From NCBI GenBank assembly GCA_039931715.1, contig JBDTRN010000001.1:6761-70760 (forward strand): DNA of 64,000 nt, written 5' to 3'. The notes under the pieces are model-generated. The model was not told the origin of the DNA, ran no database searches, and was given only the letters and a program-made list of their open reading frames with translations. The translations under genes and the position numbers were made by a program. Positions within the stretch are counted from its first letter, which is position 1. Every line of letters begins with the position of its first letter. This document shows positions 42,609 to 52,181 of this stretch, in pieces. This stretch comes from Betaproteobacteria bacterium (GTDB lineage: Bacteria; Pseudomonadota; Gammaproteobacteria; Burkholderiales; SG8-39).

Positions 42609-43049
42609 CTAGGCCGTGTCCAAGGTGCGCTGACCCTGTACTGGCTCGAAGTCTGCGGCGGCGAGGTTCGCGTCCAGCGGCAGGCAAACCCGACGCGCGG
42701 TGACGAGAGCCGCTGCGAGCGGCGCGTCGGCCAGCACTTTCTCCAGGTTGGCCGCGTGCTCGGGCCCCGGCAGTTCCACGAATGCGCGCTGAGCGCCGGT
42801 CTCGCGCAGGACGCGCACGAGGGTGACCTGCAGGGCGACGCGCGCGGTACAGCACGGGCATCCTGCCGGGAGGGCGCGCACGTTGGGTGCGGCTGCCGCC
42901 AGGCCGCGCCCGTTGACGAGGCCGACCCAGTCCGGCCGCCCGGCGCACAACCGCGCGATGAGGGCCGTCTTGCCCGACCCCGGCGCGCCGGTCACGACAT
43001 GCACCGGGACCTGCCCGCGCGAACCGTTACGGTTCTTCTCGGCGTCCAA
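42609..43049 (-). CDS. minimal COG0523/CobW-like P-loop protein
   Basis: Walker A (GAPGSGKT) and the CxCC motif (GCPCCT) of G3E-family metallochaperones, but only about 146 aa and no CobW_C domain. The start is uncertain (43049 overlaps ntrX by 23 nt; GTG 43010 is an alternative). Confidence 0.6.
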   Translation of the reverse strand: MDAEKNRNGSRGQVPVHVVTGAPGSGKTALIARLCAGRPDWVGLVNGRGLAAAAPNVRALPAGCPCCTARVALQVTLVRVLRETGAQRAFVELPGPEHAANLEKVLADAPLAAALVTARRVCLPLDANLAAADFEPVQGQRTLDTA

Positions 43050-44274
43050 CCGGCAGGCCCAACGTCTTCAGTTTGCGGTACAGGTGGGTGCGCTCCAGGC
43101 CCGTGCGCTCGGCGACACGCGACATGCTGCCGTTCTCGCGCGCCAGCTGGAATTCGAAGTACAAGCGCTCGAACGCATCGCGTGCCTCGCGATAAGGCTG
43201 GTCGAGCGGCAGCTGGCCGGCAGTCGCCGGCCCTGAATGCGCGGCCAGCACGCGCTCGACGTCGGAAAGTTGGATTTCCTCCTCGAGCGCGCTCAGCGCG
43301 AGATTCTTGACCACGGCGTCGAGCTGGGCGAGGTTGCCGGGCCAGGCGTGGTGGCGCAGCGCATTCAGTGCTGCGGTCGACAGGCGCCGCGGTGGGCAGG
43401 CGCGCGCCTCGACCATCTGCGCCAGGACCAGCGCTGCAATGTCGGGAACCTCCTCGGCAAACTCACGCACCGACGGCAGCGCGATCACCAGCTCGGACAA
43501 GCGGCCGGCAAGGTCGGCGTCGAAGGCGTGCTCCGCCACCAGCCGCTGCGGCTCGAGCGTGCAGAACGAAACCACGCGCGCCTTGTGTTTTTCTGCGCGC
43601 GCCAGCAGGAAGTCGAGGTTCTTCTGTTCGCTCCGCGTGAGGCGGGCGAGGTCGGGCACGAACAGGATGCCGCCCGCCGCCCGCGCCAGCACCTCTGACG
43701 GCGGGTCGTTGAGCGCCTCCGCGCCGGTAACGAAAGGCGCGCCGGTGGACAACAAGTGGCGCACGAACATCTCTGCCTGCATGCCGCGCTCGCCGCGCAT
43801 CATGAGTGGCGTGCCTACTCGTGCGAGCTGGGCGAGGCGCTTCTTGAGCTCGCCCAGCACCGCCGAACGGCCGAGAGCCGCCAGCGTCAGCCGATGCGCA
43901 ACCGGCACGTCCTGGTTACGCAGCGCGCGCTTTACCGTCGAGAGCAGGCGCTGCAGCGCGATCGGCTTCTCGAGGTAGTCGAGCGCGCCGATCCGCGTGG
44001 CCTCCACCGCGGTTTCGATCGTGCCGTGCCCGGACATCATCACCACCGGCATCGTGAGAAGGCCGTTGGCCGCCCATTCCTTCAGGAGCGTGATGCCATC
44101 GGTGTCTGGCATCCAGATGTCGAGCAGAACCAGGTCGGGGCGCTGGGCCGCGCGCGCGCGCCTGGCGGCGCCGGCATTCTCGGCCAGCACCACCTGGTGC
44201 CCCTCGTCGGCGAGGATCTCCGAGAGCAGCTCGCGGATGCCCATTTCGTCGTCCACTACGAGGATCTGTGCCAT
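43027..44274 (-). CDS. ntrX: NtrX-type response regulator (REC, degenerate AAA+/sigma-54-activator-like domain, Fis-type HTH)
   Basis: REC domain (DD..., D51 in LLDIWMPD, K in LEKP). The central domain has altered Walker A/B and no GAFTGA. C-terminal HTH (SMSRVAERTGLERTHLYRKLK). Sits downstream of ntrY. Confidence 0.85.
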   Translation of the reverse strand: MAQILVVDDEMGIRELLSEILADEGHQVVLAENAGAARRARAAQRPDLVLLDIWMPDTDGITLLKEWAANGLLTMPVVMMSGHGTIETAVEATRIGALDYLEKPIALQRLLSTVKRALRNQDVPVAHRLTLAALGRSAVLGELKKRLAQLARVGTPLMMRGERGMQAEMFVRHLLSTGAPFVTGAEALNDPPSEVLARAAGGILFVPDLARLTRSEQKNLDFLLARAEKHKARVVSFCTLEPQRLVAEHAFDADLAGRLSELVIALPSVREFAEEVPDIAALVLAQMVEARACPPRRLSTAALNALRHHAWPGNLAQLDAVVKNLALSALEEEIQLSDVERVLAAHSGPATAGQLPLDQPYREARDAFERLYFEFQLARENGSMSRVAERTGLERTHLYRKLKTLGLPVGRREEP

Positions 44275-44278
44275 TGCC

Positions 44279-46402
44279 TCAGGCCGCCTTCATGGAAGAA
44301 TTGTCCGCGCCGGCCACAGGCAGCACGATGCTCACGGTGGCGCCGCGGCGCGGGCGGTTGTGGATGTCGATTGCGCCGTGGTGCTCATCGACGATCTTCT
44401 TCACGATCGCCAGGCCAAGGCCCGTGCCGCGTGACTTTGTGGTGACGTAGGGCTCGAAGATGCGCGCCATGAGCTCTTCGGGAAAACCACTGCCGTTGTC
44501 GCTGACGGCGAGGCGCACCGACCCGGCGCCGACCGGTTCGGTGCGCACCTCGATCGCCGACGCCGGCGTGCGGGCCGCGCCCAGGGCGTCCTGCGCGTTC
44601 TGCACGAGGTTGTGCAGTACCTGACGGATCTGCGCCGAGTCGGCCAGCACCGCGGGCAGGTCGGGCGCGAGACTGCGATTGATTGGCACACTGGCGGTTT
44701 CGTACATGGTAAGGACCTCGACTACCAGCGCGTTGAGGTCGAGCGCGGCAAGCACCGGCGCCGGCAGGCGAGCGTAGTCGCGAAAGTCATCCACCATCGC
44801 CTTGAGAGCCGCGACCTGGTTCACGATGGTCTGCGTGCCACGCCGGAGGGTTTCACCATCTTCGGGACCCAGCTTGGAAGTGAGCTTCATTTCGAGTCGC
44901 TCGGCCGACAGCTGGATCGGCGTGAGCGGATTCTTGATCTCGTGCGCGAGGCGCCGTGCGACTTCCGCCCACGCGGTGGCGCGCTGCGCCTGGATGAGCT
45001 GGGTCACGTCGTCGAACACCAGCACATAGCCCGAAGGCAACGGGGTGCCGCGTGCAAGCAGCGTCTTGCCGCTGCCCGGCAGCACGAGCTCGAGTTGCCA
45101 GCTGCGTCCGCCGGGGGCGCCGAAGGCCTCGCGCACCGGCATCGCGAACGACTCGTAGCCCTCCCACTCCCCCAGGGACTTGCCGCTCAGCAGGCCGAGC
45201 TCGCCGCCGAGGATTGCCGCCGCACCGTGGTTGAAGATCGACAGCCGCAGTTCGGGATCGAACACCAGCACCCCCGCCGACAGGTTGGCGAGGATGTTCT
45301 CCAAGCGCGCTTTCGCCGTCTCCACCTGCAGGCGGTTGGATTCGACCACCTGGCGCGCCTCGTCGAGCTGGCGTGTCATGCTGTTGAACGATTCCAGCAG
45401 CACGCCCAGCTCGTCGCGGCTGGTGACCGGCATGCGCTTGGAGAAGTCGCCGCGCGCCACTGCCTGCGTGGCCTGCGCAAGTTCTGACAGCGGCGCGGAG
45501 ATGCGGTCGGAAAGGATGAACGCCAGCGCCACGGCGGAAAACAGCGCCATCAGCAGCGCCAGGGTCAGGGTCACGATGTAGCTGCGCTTCAGGCCGGTGC
45601 GCAGCAGCGAAAGCTTGCGATAGTCCCCATACACGGCTTCGACCGACTCGGCGCTCCTCGCCAGCGCCTCGGGCACCGGATGGCGCAGCTGCAGGTAGCG
45701 CGTCTCGTCCGAGATCGCGGACGCGGAAATCGGCACGATGGCGCGCAGGCCCAGCGGCTTGCCGGGCAGTGCATCGATGGAGGTGACGCCGCGGTTGCTG
45801 CGCGCCTGGCGCAGCTGCAGCGAACTGGGTAGCTCGGGCACGAGCTGTGCAAGGCTGTCGCTCGCGCTCGCCACCAGCCGCCCGTTGGCGGCGACCACCA
45901 CCGCATCGTCCACGCCGGCCTGCTGGCGCAGGCGGTTGAGGGCCACCACTTGCTGGCTATCGGTGCGGTCGGCGAGTTCGAGCGCCATCGCGCGCGCCTT
46001 GACGTTGAGTTCGGCCAGCATCTGGTCGACCGCCGCCTGCCCCAGCTTGATGCCGCCCTCGAGGGCGCTGTCGACGCTGACGTCGAACCACGACTCGATG
46101 CTCTTCGACAGGAACTGCACCGAAACCGCGTACACCAGCGCGCCGGGGAGAACCGCCATCAGCGCGAACAACATCAGAAAGCGCAGCGTGAGGCGCGAGC
46201 CGAACACGCGCCGCTTGAGCCTGCGCCGCAGCGACCCGAGCTGGTAGGCGACGAGCGCGAGCAGTGCCACGGCCAGCACCGCGTTGAGCCCCAGCAGGAG
46301 CGAATAATGCGCGGCGAAGAGCGACGTATTTGCGCTTGCGGTGGCCAGCAGGAACAGCAGCACGCCAGCCAGCGCAATGCCCAGGATCAGCGCCGTTTTC
46401 AT
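44279..46402 (-). CDS. ntrY: NtrY-type sensor histidine kinase
   Basis: 707 aa. N-terminal TM region, HAMP, PAS, HisKA (H-box LAHEIKNPLTPI) and HATPase (N, G1, G2 boxes). Confidence 0.9.
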   Translation of the reverse strand: MKTALILGIALAGVLLFLLATASANTSLFAAHYSLLLGLNAVLAVALLALVAYQLGSLRRRLKRRVFGSRLTLRFLMLFALMAVLPGALVYAVSVQFLSKSIESWFDVSVDSALEGGIKLGQAAVDQMLAELNVKARAMALELADRTDSQQVVALNRLRQQAGVDDAVVVAANGRLVASASDSLAQLVPELPSSLQLRQARSNRGVTSIDALPGKPLGLRAIVPISASAISDETRYLQLRHPVPEALARSAESVEAVYGDYRKLSLLRTGLKRSYIVTLTLALLMALFSAVALAFILSDRISAPLSELAQATQAVARGDFSKRMPVTSRDELGVLLESFNSMTRQLDEARQVVESNRLQVETAKARLENILANLSAGVLVFDPELRLSIFNHGAAAILGGELGLLSGKSLGEWEGYESFAMPVREAFGAPGGRSWQLELVLPGSGKTLLARGTPLPSGYVLVFDDVTQLIQAQRATAWAEVARRLAHEIKNPLTPIQLSAERLEMKLTSKLGPEDGETLRRGTQTIVNQVAALKAMVDDFRDYARLPAPVLAALDLNALVVEVLTMYETASVPINRSLAPDLPAVLADSAQIRQVLHNLVQNAQDALGAARTPASAIEVRTEPVGAGSVRLAVSDNGSGFPEELMARIFEPYVTTKSRGTGLGLAIVKKIVDEHHGAIDIHNRPRRGATVSIVLPVAGADNSSMKAA

Positions 46403-47055
46403 CGCGGCTGGCCCTCTTCGCGCCGCTCAGTCGGTTGTGGTGCCATTGGGGTCGTGGGTGGTGACACCGGCGGCAACGGCGGGGGCGGCATGCCCGGCCG
46501 CCAGCTGAATCGCCGCCACTCGGATTCGAGGTGCCATTCACGGCTCGTGAGCGCGCTCACCTGGAAGGGCTTGGGCAGCAGGCTCAGGTCGAGGCGCATG
46601 CGCAGCGAAGCCTGGTAGGGGGCGTCGGACAAGGGAACGCTCTTGTCGAGCACCACCCAGTTGCGCACCCGGCGCAGCACCGCGAGGGCCTCCCCCAGCG
46701 TGGCGTAGTTCTGCTGCAAGAGGCCGGTGGACAGGCGGAAATGGCGTGAAAGCGCGTGATAAGACAGGCGCGTCTGGCGGCGCCGCGTGGCGGTCTTCTC
46801 GTCGAACCAGTACCAGCGCGGCTGCGTCAGCTCGAACTCCACCACGAAGTACAACGCCACCCCGTTGGTCACCGCCTGTTCCAGGCGGGCATTGAAGTCG
46901 AAGGCGAAATCGGCGTTGAGAGCCACCCCTTCCTCGGTCGACTCCAGGCGCGCCTCGAGCAACTCGATGTCGTCGGCGCGCGCGGCCTGTGCCACCGGCA
47001 ACAACAGCGCCAACAGCAGGGCCAGCTTGGGAAGGTTGCGGCGCAGTGCGCGCAT
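46399..47055 (-). CDS. DUF4390-domain periplasmic protein
   Basis: Signal peptide (LLLALLLPVAQA). The conserved body is typical of the protein encoded between rsmB and ntrY in betaproteobacteria. Pro-rich tail. The stop overlaps the ntrY start (ATGA). Start at ATG 47055. Confidence 0.8.
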   Translation of the reverse strand: MRALRRNLPKLALLLALLLPVAQAARADDIELLEARLESTEEGVALNADFAFDFNARLEQAVTNGVALYFVVEFELTQPRWYWFDEKTATRRRQTRLSYHALSRHFRLSTGLLQQNYATLGEALAVLRRVRNWVVLDKSVPLSDAPYQASLRMRLDLSLLPKPFQVSALTSREWHLESEWRRFSWRPGMPPPPLPPVSPPTTPMAPQPTERREEGQPR

Positions 47056-47059
47056 CGGA

Positions 47060-48325
47060 TTATTTTTGCAGGAGAGCGAAATAGAAACCGTCGTTGTCGG
47101 TGCCGGGCAGCAGTTGCGCCGGCTCGCCATGCGGAAGTTCGAGCCGGCGGGCGGCCGGCTGCAGGTCGCAGAATGCCTCCACCACGCCGGCATTCTCCTC
47201 CGGGAACACCGAGCAGGTGACGTAAAGCAATTTACCACCCGGGGCGAGCACCTGCCACAGGGCCTCGAGAATGCGCACCTGCGCGGTCGCGAACTGCCTC
47301 GCATCGCGCGGGCGCCGCAGCCACTTGATGTCGGGATGGCGGCGCACGATGCCCGAGGCGCTGCAGGGCACGTCGGCGAGGATCCGGTCGAAGGGTTGCC
47401 CGTCCCACCAGTCGTCGGTGCGCGCACAATCGGCAGCCACGATGCGGCCCTGCAACCCCAGCCGGGCGAAGTTCTGCGCAATGCGCTCGCAGCGCACTTC
47501 GTCGGCATCGAGTGCGAGGAGGTCGAGATCCGCGGACTCGAGCAAGTGGCAGGCCTTCCCCCCGGGGGCCGCGCAGGCATCGAGCACGCGCTGGCCGCTG
47601 CTTACATCCAAATAAGAGACCGCGCGCTGGGCGCCCGCATCCTGCACCGAGACTGCGCCTTCGGCGAATCCGGGCAACCGCTGAACGCCTACCGGGGTAT
47701 CGAGCAGCAGCGCACTCGCGCCGACGCGCTTCGCCGCCATGCCTTCGGCCTCCAGGCGCACGAGGTAGTCGCCGGTGGAGGACTTGCGATTGTTCACCCG
47801 CAACGCCATTGGCGGGTGCGCGTTGCCCATGGCAAGGACCGCTTCCCAGTCGTGGGGATAGGCGGCGCGCAGCATGTCGATCCACCACGGCGGGTGCATC
47901 CAGCGCGCAGGCGGCTGCTCTGCGAGTGCCGCATCGAGCACTGCACGCTCGCGCAGGAACGAGCGCAAGACGGCGTTGACGAATCGCCGCGCGGCCGGGT
48001 TGCCCAGCGCGGAGCAGGCGCGCACCGCCTGGTCCACCGCCACGTGCTCGGCGTAGTGGGCCGACTCGATCGCATGCAATGCGCACAGCAGGAGCGCCCG
48101 CAGGCGCGTATCGGGCACGCCGCGATGGGCAAGGCGCGCGAGGATCGCATCGCCACGGCCGTAGCGCCGCAGCGTGCCCTGCACCATGTCGATCGTCGCC
48201 CCACGCATCGGGCCCGAATCACCGAAGGCCGTGCCCTGCGAGGCAAGGCTTCGGCCATCGAGCACTTGCGCGACCAGCGTACTCGCCTGCGCGTAAACCG
48301 CCGACAGGCTGGGCGCGGCGCTCAA
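47060..48325 (-). CDS. rsmB: 16S rRNA (cytosine967-C5)-methyltransferase
   Basis: NusB-like N-domain and a SAM MTase core (DACAAPGGK, YVTCS). Proposed TTG start at 48325 overlaps the fmt stop; the exact start is uncertain. Confidence 0.88.
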   Translation of the reverse strand: MSAAPSLSAVYAQASTLVAQVLDGRSLASQGTAFGDSGPMRGATIDMVQGTLRRYGRGDAILARLAHRGVPDTRLRALLLCALHAIESAHYAEHVAVDQAVRACSALGNPAARRFVNAVLRSFLRERAVLDAALAEQPPARWMHPPWWIDMLRAAYPHDWEAVLAMGNAHPPMALRVNNRKSSTGDYLVRLEAEGMAAKRVGASALLLDTPVGVQRLPGFAEGAVSVQDAGAQRAVSYLDVSSGQRVLDACAAPGGKACHLLESADLDLLALDADEVRCERIAQNFARLGLQGRIVAADCARTDDWWDGQPFDRILADVPCSASGIVRRHPDIKWLRRPRDARQFATAQVRILEALWQVLAPGGKLLYVTCSVFPEENAGVVEAFCDLQPAARRLELPHGEPAQLLPGTDNDGFYFALLQK

Positions 48326-49257
48326 ACTGCCGGGATCGCGAAATGCGATCCAGCTTGCACCGGCAGGCCGCGCAGGAAATCGAGGGCGCCGAGCCGCTTG
48401 CCCCCGGCACGCTGCAACTCGGTCAACACCAAGGTGCCATCCGCGCAACCGACGACGATCCCGTCGCGGCCCGCGTGCGCAACCTGCCCCGGCGCCGCCT
48501 GGCCCACACCGGGATGGGCGGTCCACACCTTGACGTCGACCCCGGCAAAGGCGGTCCTGGCCCCGGGAGCTGGATTGAAAGCGCGCACCGCGCGCTCCAG
48601 TTCCACGCAGGGCTTGCGCCAGTCCAGCACCGCTTCCGCCTTGTCGATTTTGCGCGCATAGGTCGCCCCGGCCTCGGGTTGGGCGAGCGCATCGAGCGGC
48701 CCACTTTCTAATGCACCCAGCACGGCGATGATCTGCCGTGCGCCGAGTGCGGCGAGGCGGTCGTGCAGGGTGAGGGCGGTTTCCTGCGACGAGATCGCGA
48801 GGCCCGCCTGGCGCAGGATTCCGCCGGTGTCCAGGCCCGCATCCATCTGCATGATGGTGATGCCGGTTTCGGTGTCCCCCGCAAGGATTGCGCGTTGGAT
48901 CGGCGCCGCGCCACGCCAGCGCGGCAGGAGCGAGGCATGGATATTGATTGCGCCCAAAGGAGCAACCTGTAACGCTGCCGGCGGCAGGATGAGGCCGTAA
49001 GCCGCTACGACGAACACCTCGGGCCGGCCTGCGCGCAGCGTCTCCACCGCGCCCGGATCGGAAAGCCTGACGGGCTGGAACACCTCCAGCCCGTGCTCGA
49101 GTGCGAGCCGCTTCACGGGTGAGGCAGTGGACTGGAGACCGCGTCCAGCCTTGCGATCCGGTTGGGTGAGCACTAACGAAATTGCATGCCCTGCGGCCAG
49201 CAGCGCCGCCAGTGCCTGTGCGGCAAATTCAGGGGTGCCGGCGAAGGCGACGCGCAT
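48322..49257 (-). CDS. fmt: methionyl-tRNA formyltransferase
   Basis: Starts MRVAFAGTPEFA, with INIHASLLPRWRGAAPIQ typical of Fmt. Confidence 0.95.
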   Translation of the reverse strand: MRVAFAGTPEFAAQALAALLAAGHAISLVLTQPDRKAGRGLQSTASPVKRLALEHGLEVFQPVRLSDPGAVETLRAGRPEVFVVAAYGLILPPAALQVAPLGAINIHASLLPRWRGAAPIQRAILAGDTETGITIMQMDAGLDTGGILRQAGLAISSQETALTLHDRLAALGARQIIAVLGALESGPLDALAQPEAGATYARKIDKAEAVLDWRKPCVELERAVRAFNPAPGARTAFAGVDVKVWTAHPGVGQAAPGQVAHAGRDGIVVGCADGTLVLTELQRAGGKRLGALDFLRGLPVQAGSHFAIPAV

Positions 49258-49338
49258 CAGGCGGCCCCTGGCGACGGACTGGGTGTTTTCACGAAGCCCA
49301 TCCCGGACGGCGGTTGGGCAGCGCGGGCGGCGCCCGCG

Positions 49339-49842
49339 TCAGGCGCTTTTACGAAGCTGCTTGGCGAGCCGCGCCCGCACGCGGGTCTGCTTGAGGTGGG
49401 ACAGGTATTCGACGAACACCTTTCCCTTCAGGTGGTCCATCTCATGCTGAATGCACACTGCCAGCAGGCCCTGCGCTTCGAGGATGAAGGACTTTCCGTT
49501 AGCGTCCCAGGCACGCACCTTGACGCGCTCGGCGCGGGGCACGGTGTCATAGATTCCGGGCACCGACAAGCAGCCTTCCTCGATGTCGGATTCCCCGTAG
49601 CCATCGATGATCTCGGGATTCACGAGGGTGATGAGCGAATCGCGTCTCTCGGACACGTCCACAACGATGACCTGCCGGTGGACGTCTACCTGGGAAGCGG
49701 CCAGTCCCACACCGGGGGCCGCGTACATCGTTTCGGCGAGGTCGGTGGCCAGCTTCTTCAGGCCGGCATCGAAAACGGTGACCGGGGCGGCGATTTTGTG
49801 CAGCCGGGCGTCGGGGTAGCGAAGGATATTGAGGATAGACAT
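49339..49842 (-). CDS. def: peptide deformylase
   Basis: All three PDF motifs are present (GVGLAASQ, EGCLS, HEMDH). Confidence 0.96.
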   Translation of the reverse strand: MSILNILRYPDARLHKIAAPVTVFDAGLKKLATDLAETMYAAPGVGLAASQVDVHRQVIVVDVSERRDSLITLVNPEIIDGYGESDIEEGCLSVPGIYDTVPRAERVKVRAWDANGKSFILEAQGLLAVCIQHEMDHLKGKVFVEYLSHLKQTRVRARLAKQLRKSA

Positions 49843-49988
49843 GGGCAGTTGGAAATAAGCTTGCTGACAGAGCGATTTACGGACACAATCTAATGCAGCG
49901 TGTAAATTGTCTGGGCGTTATGCTACATTTGGGTGGCAAGTGCGTTTTTCAAGCAGGTTTCAACAGCCGACCGGACAACGGGGGCTTC

Positions 49989-51062
49989 ATGCTCGATCAG
50001 TTGCGTAAGTCTATCACGGCACTCGCTTTTGTTGCCTGTTCCGGGGTTGCCGCCAGCGCCGCGGCGCAGGTCCCGCCGGCCGACCTCAAGCCCACCGCCC
50101 CTGAGCGTTACGTCGTCGTTCCCGGCGACACTTTGTGGTCGATCTCGCAGCGCTACCTCGAAGCGCCTCAGCGCTGGCCCGAGCTGTGGAACATGAACCG
50201 CGAATCGCTCCGCAACCCGCACCGCATCTTCCCCGGCGATGTGCTGGTGCTCGACCGGGCGCAGGGACGCCTCTCGTTGGCACCCGCCGATACCGTCAAG
50301 CTGTCGCCCCGTATACGCGCCGAACAGTCCGCCAGCGTGCAAATTCCCAGCATTCCGCCCAACCTCATTGAACCCTACCTGACGCGCCCGCTGGTGATCG
50401 AGCCCAACGGCCTCGCCAACGCGCCGGCGATCGTCGCCACCGAAGAAAACCGCGTGATCCTCGGCGCCGGCAGCGTCGCGTATGCGCGCGGCCTGTCCGG
50501 CAGCAACGAGGAAACGTGGCATGTTTATCGCCGCGGCAAACCGCTGGTCGATCCCGAGAGCAACCTGACCGTGGGCTACGAGGCCACCTTCCTCGGCTCG
50601 GCGCGCGTGCGTCGTCCCGGCGAACCGGCCACCATCGAGATCATCGCCGCCACGCAGGAGATCACCACCGGCGACAGCCTCGTGGCCGCCGGGCGCCCCG
50701 AAGTCCCGGTTTATGCGCCACATGCGCCGTCAGGCGCCATCAGCGGGCGTGTCATGTCGATCTACGGCGGCGTTGGCACAGTCGGAGAAGGCGGGCGCAA
50801 CTCGGTCATTACGCTCAACCGCGGCCGCGCCGACGGGCTCGAAGTCGGCCATGTGCTTGCGCTGCTGCGCCTTGGCCACGTGGTGGGGCAGCGCCGCGCG
50901 TTTTCCGGCAGCGTGGAGAAAGCCGCCGTCGGCGGCATGAAAGTGCCGGACGAGCGCTATGGCCTGGTTTTCGTGTTCCGCGTCTTCGACCGGGTTTCCT
51001 ACGCGCTGGTCATGGATGTGTCGCGTCCGGTCAACCCGCTGGATGTCGTCCAGACGCCCTGA
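49989..51062 (+). CDS. LysM-domain peptidoglycan-binding protein
   Basis: Signal peptide, then LysM (YVVVPGDTLWSISQRYL). Conserved partner divergent from def and upstream of dprA. Start at ATG 49989. Confidence 0.85.
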   Translation: MLDQLRKSITALAFVACSGVAASAAAQVPPADLKPTAPERYVVVPGDTLWSISQRYLEAPQRWPELWNMNRESLRNPHRIFPGDVLVLDRAQGRLSLAPADTVKLSPRIRAEQSASVQIPSIPPNLIEPYLTRPLVIEPNGLANAPAIVATEENRVILGAGSVAYARGLSGSNEETWHVYRRGKPLVDPESNLTVGYEATFLGSARVRRPGEPATIEIIAATQEITTGDSLVAAGRPEVPVYAPHAPSGAISGRVMSIYGGVGTVGEGGRNSVITLNRGRADGLEVGHVLALLRLGHVVGQRRAFSGSVEKAAVGGMKVPDERYGLVFVFRVFDRVSYALVMDVSRPVNPLDVVQTP

Positions 51063-51089
51063 CGCCCCTCACCGGCTGCGCCTGCCTGG

Positions 51090-52163
51090 ATGACGCAAGA
51101 CCAGGGGCTCGCAGCGTGGCTGACCCTCTGCCTTACGCCGGGCCTCGGCGCGGCGGCCATCCGCCGGCTCCTGAATGAATTCGGACTGCCCGCGAATATC
51201 CTCGCCGCGGATCGCTCCGCGCTCGCGCGACTGGCCGGAGCCGAGGCGGCCGCGTCCCTCAAGTCGGCTGGCGCGAGCGCCGGCGTGGACCGCGCACTCG
51301 CATGGGCAGCCGGCCCTGACCGGCACGTCATCACGCTTGCCGATTCGGAGTACCCCGGCCTGCTGCTCGAAATCGCGGACCCGCCACCGCTGCTGTATGC
51401 CCATGGCCGCGTCGAACTGCTCAACCGGCCCACTTTGGCCGTGGTGGGAAGCCGCAACGCAACGCCGCAGGGCCTGCGCAATGCGGAAGCGTTCGCACGC
51501 GCCTTCAGCGAGGGCGGCCTGACCATCGTGAGCGGGCTGGCACTGGGCATCGATGCCGCCGCGCACCGCGGTGCGCTGGCCGGCAAGGGTTCCACCGTCG
51601 CGGTGCTCGGGACCGGCATCGACGTCGCCTATCCGCGCGGCAACGCCGCGCTTTTCGGCGAAATCGCCGCGCAAGGCGTGCTGCTGAGCGAGTACCCCGT
51701 GGGCACCCCTGCAGCCGGCCACAATTTCCCCCGCCGCAACCGGTTGATCAGCGGCCTCGCGCGCGGCTGCCTGGTCGTCGAGGCGGCGCTCGAAAGCGGC
51801 TCGCTCATCACGGCACGCATGGCCACCGACCAGGGGCGAGAGGTGTTCGCCATCCCCGGCTCGATCCACTCGCCCCTCTCGAAAGGCTGCCACGCGCTCA
51901 TCAAACAGGGCGCCAAGCTGGTGGACGCCGCCGATGATGTGCTCGCAGAACTCGGCGGCTGGCAGCAGGCAGTGCCATCGCCGGCGGCGCCCGCGCCGGT
52001 CGGTGGATTGCTCGAACAGATGGGTTTCGACTCGGTGGATATCGATTCGCTATGCGTACGCGCGGGACTGCCAGCCGAGCGGGTTACAGCCGAACTGCTG
52101 CGCCTGGAGCTCGACGGGCTTGTGGCACCATTGCCCGGCGGGCGCTATCAACGCCTGAACTGA
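51090..52163 (+). CDS. dprA: DNA-processing protein DprA (Smf)
   Basis: Rossmann-like DprA core (AVVGSRNATPQG, SGLALGIDAAAHRGAL, NFPRRNRLISGL). Confidence 0.93.
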   Translation: MTQDQGLAAWLTLCLTPGLGAAAIRRLLNEFGLPANILAADRSALARLAGAEAAASLKSAGASAGVDRALAWAAGPDRHVITLADSEYPGLLLEIADPPPLLYAHGRVELLNRPTLAVVGSRNATPQGLRNAEAFARAFSEGGLTIVSGLALGIDAAAHRGALAGKGSTVAVLGTGIDVAYPRGNAALFGEIAAQGVLLSEYPVGTPAAGHNFPRRNRLISGLARGCLVVEAALESGSLITARMATDQGREVFAIPGSIHSPLSKGCHALIKQGAKLVDAADDVLAELGGWQQAVPSPAAPAPVGGLLEQMGFDSVDIDSLCVRAGLPAERVTAELLRLELDGLVAPLPGGRYQRLN

Positions 52164-52181
52164 AAAGAAGAACAACAAACC

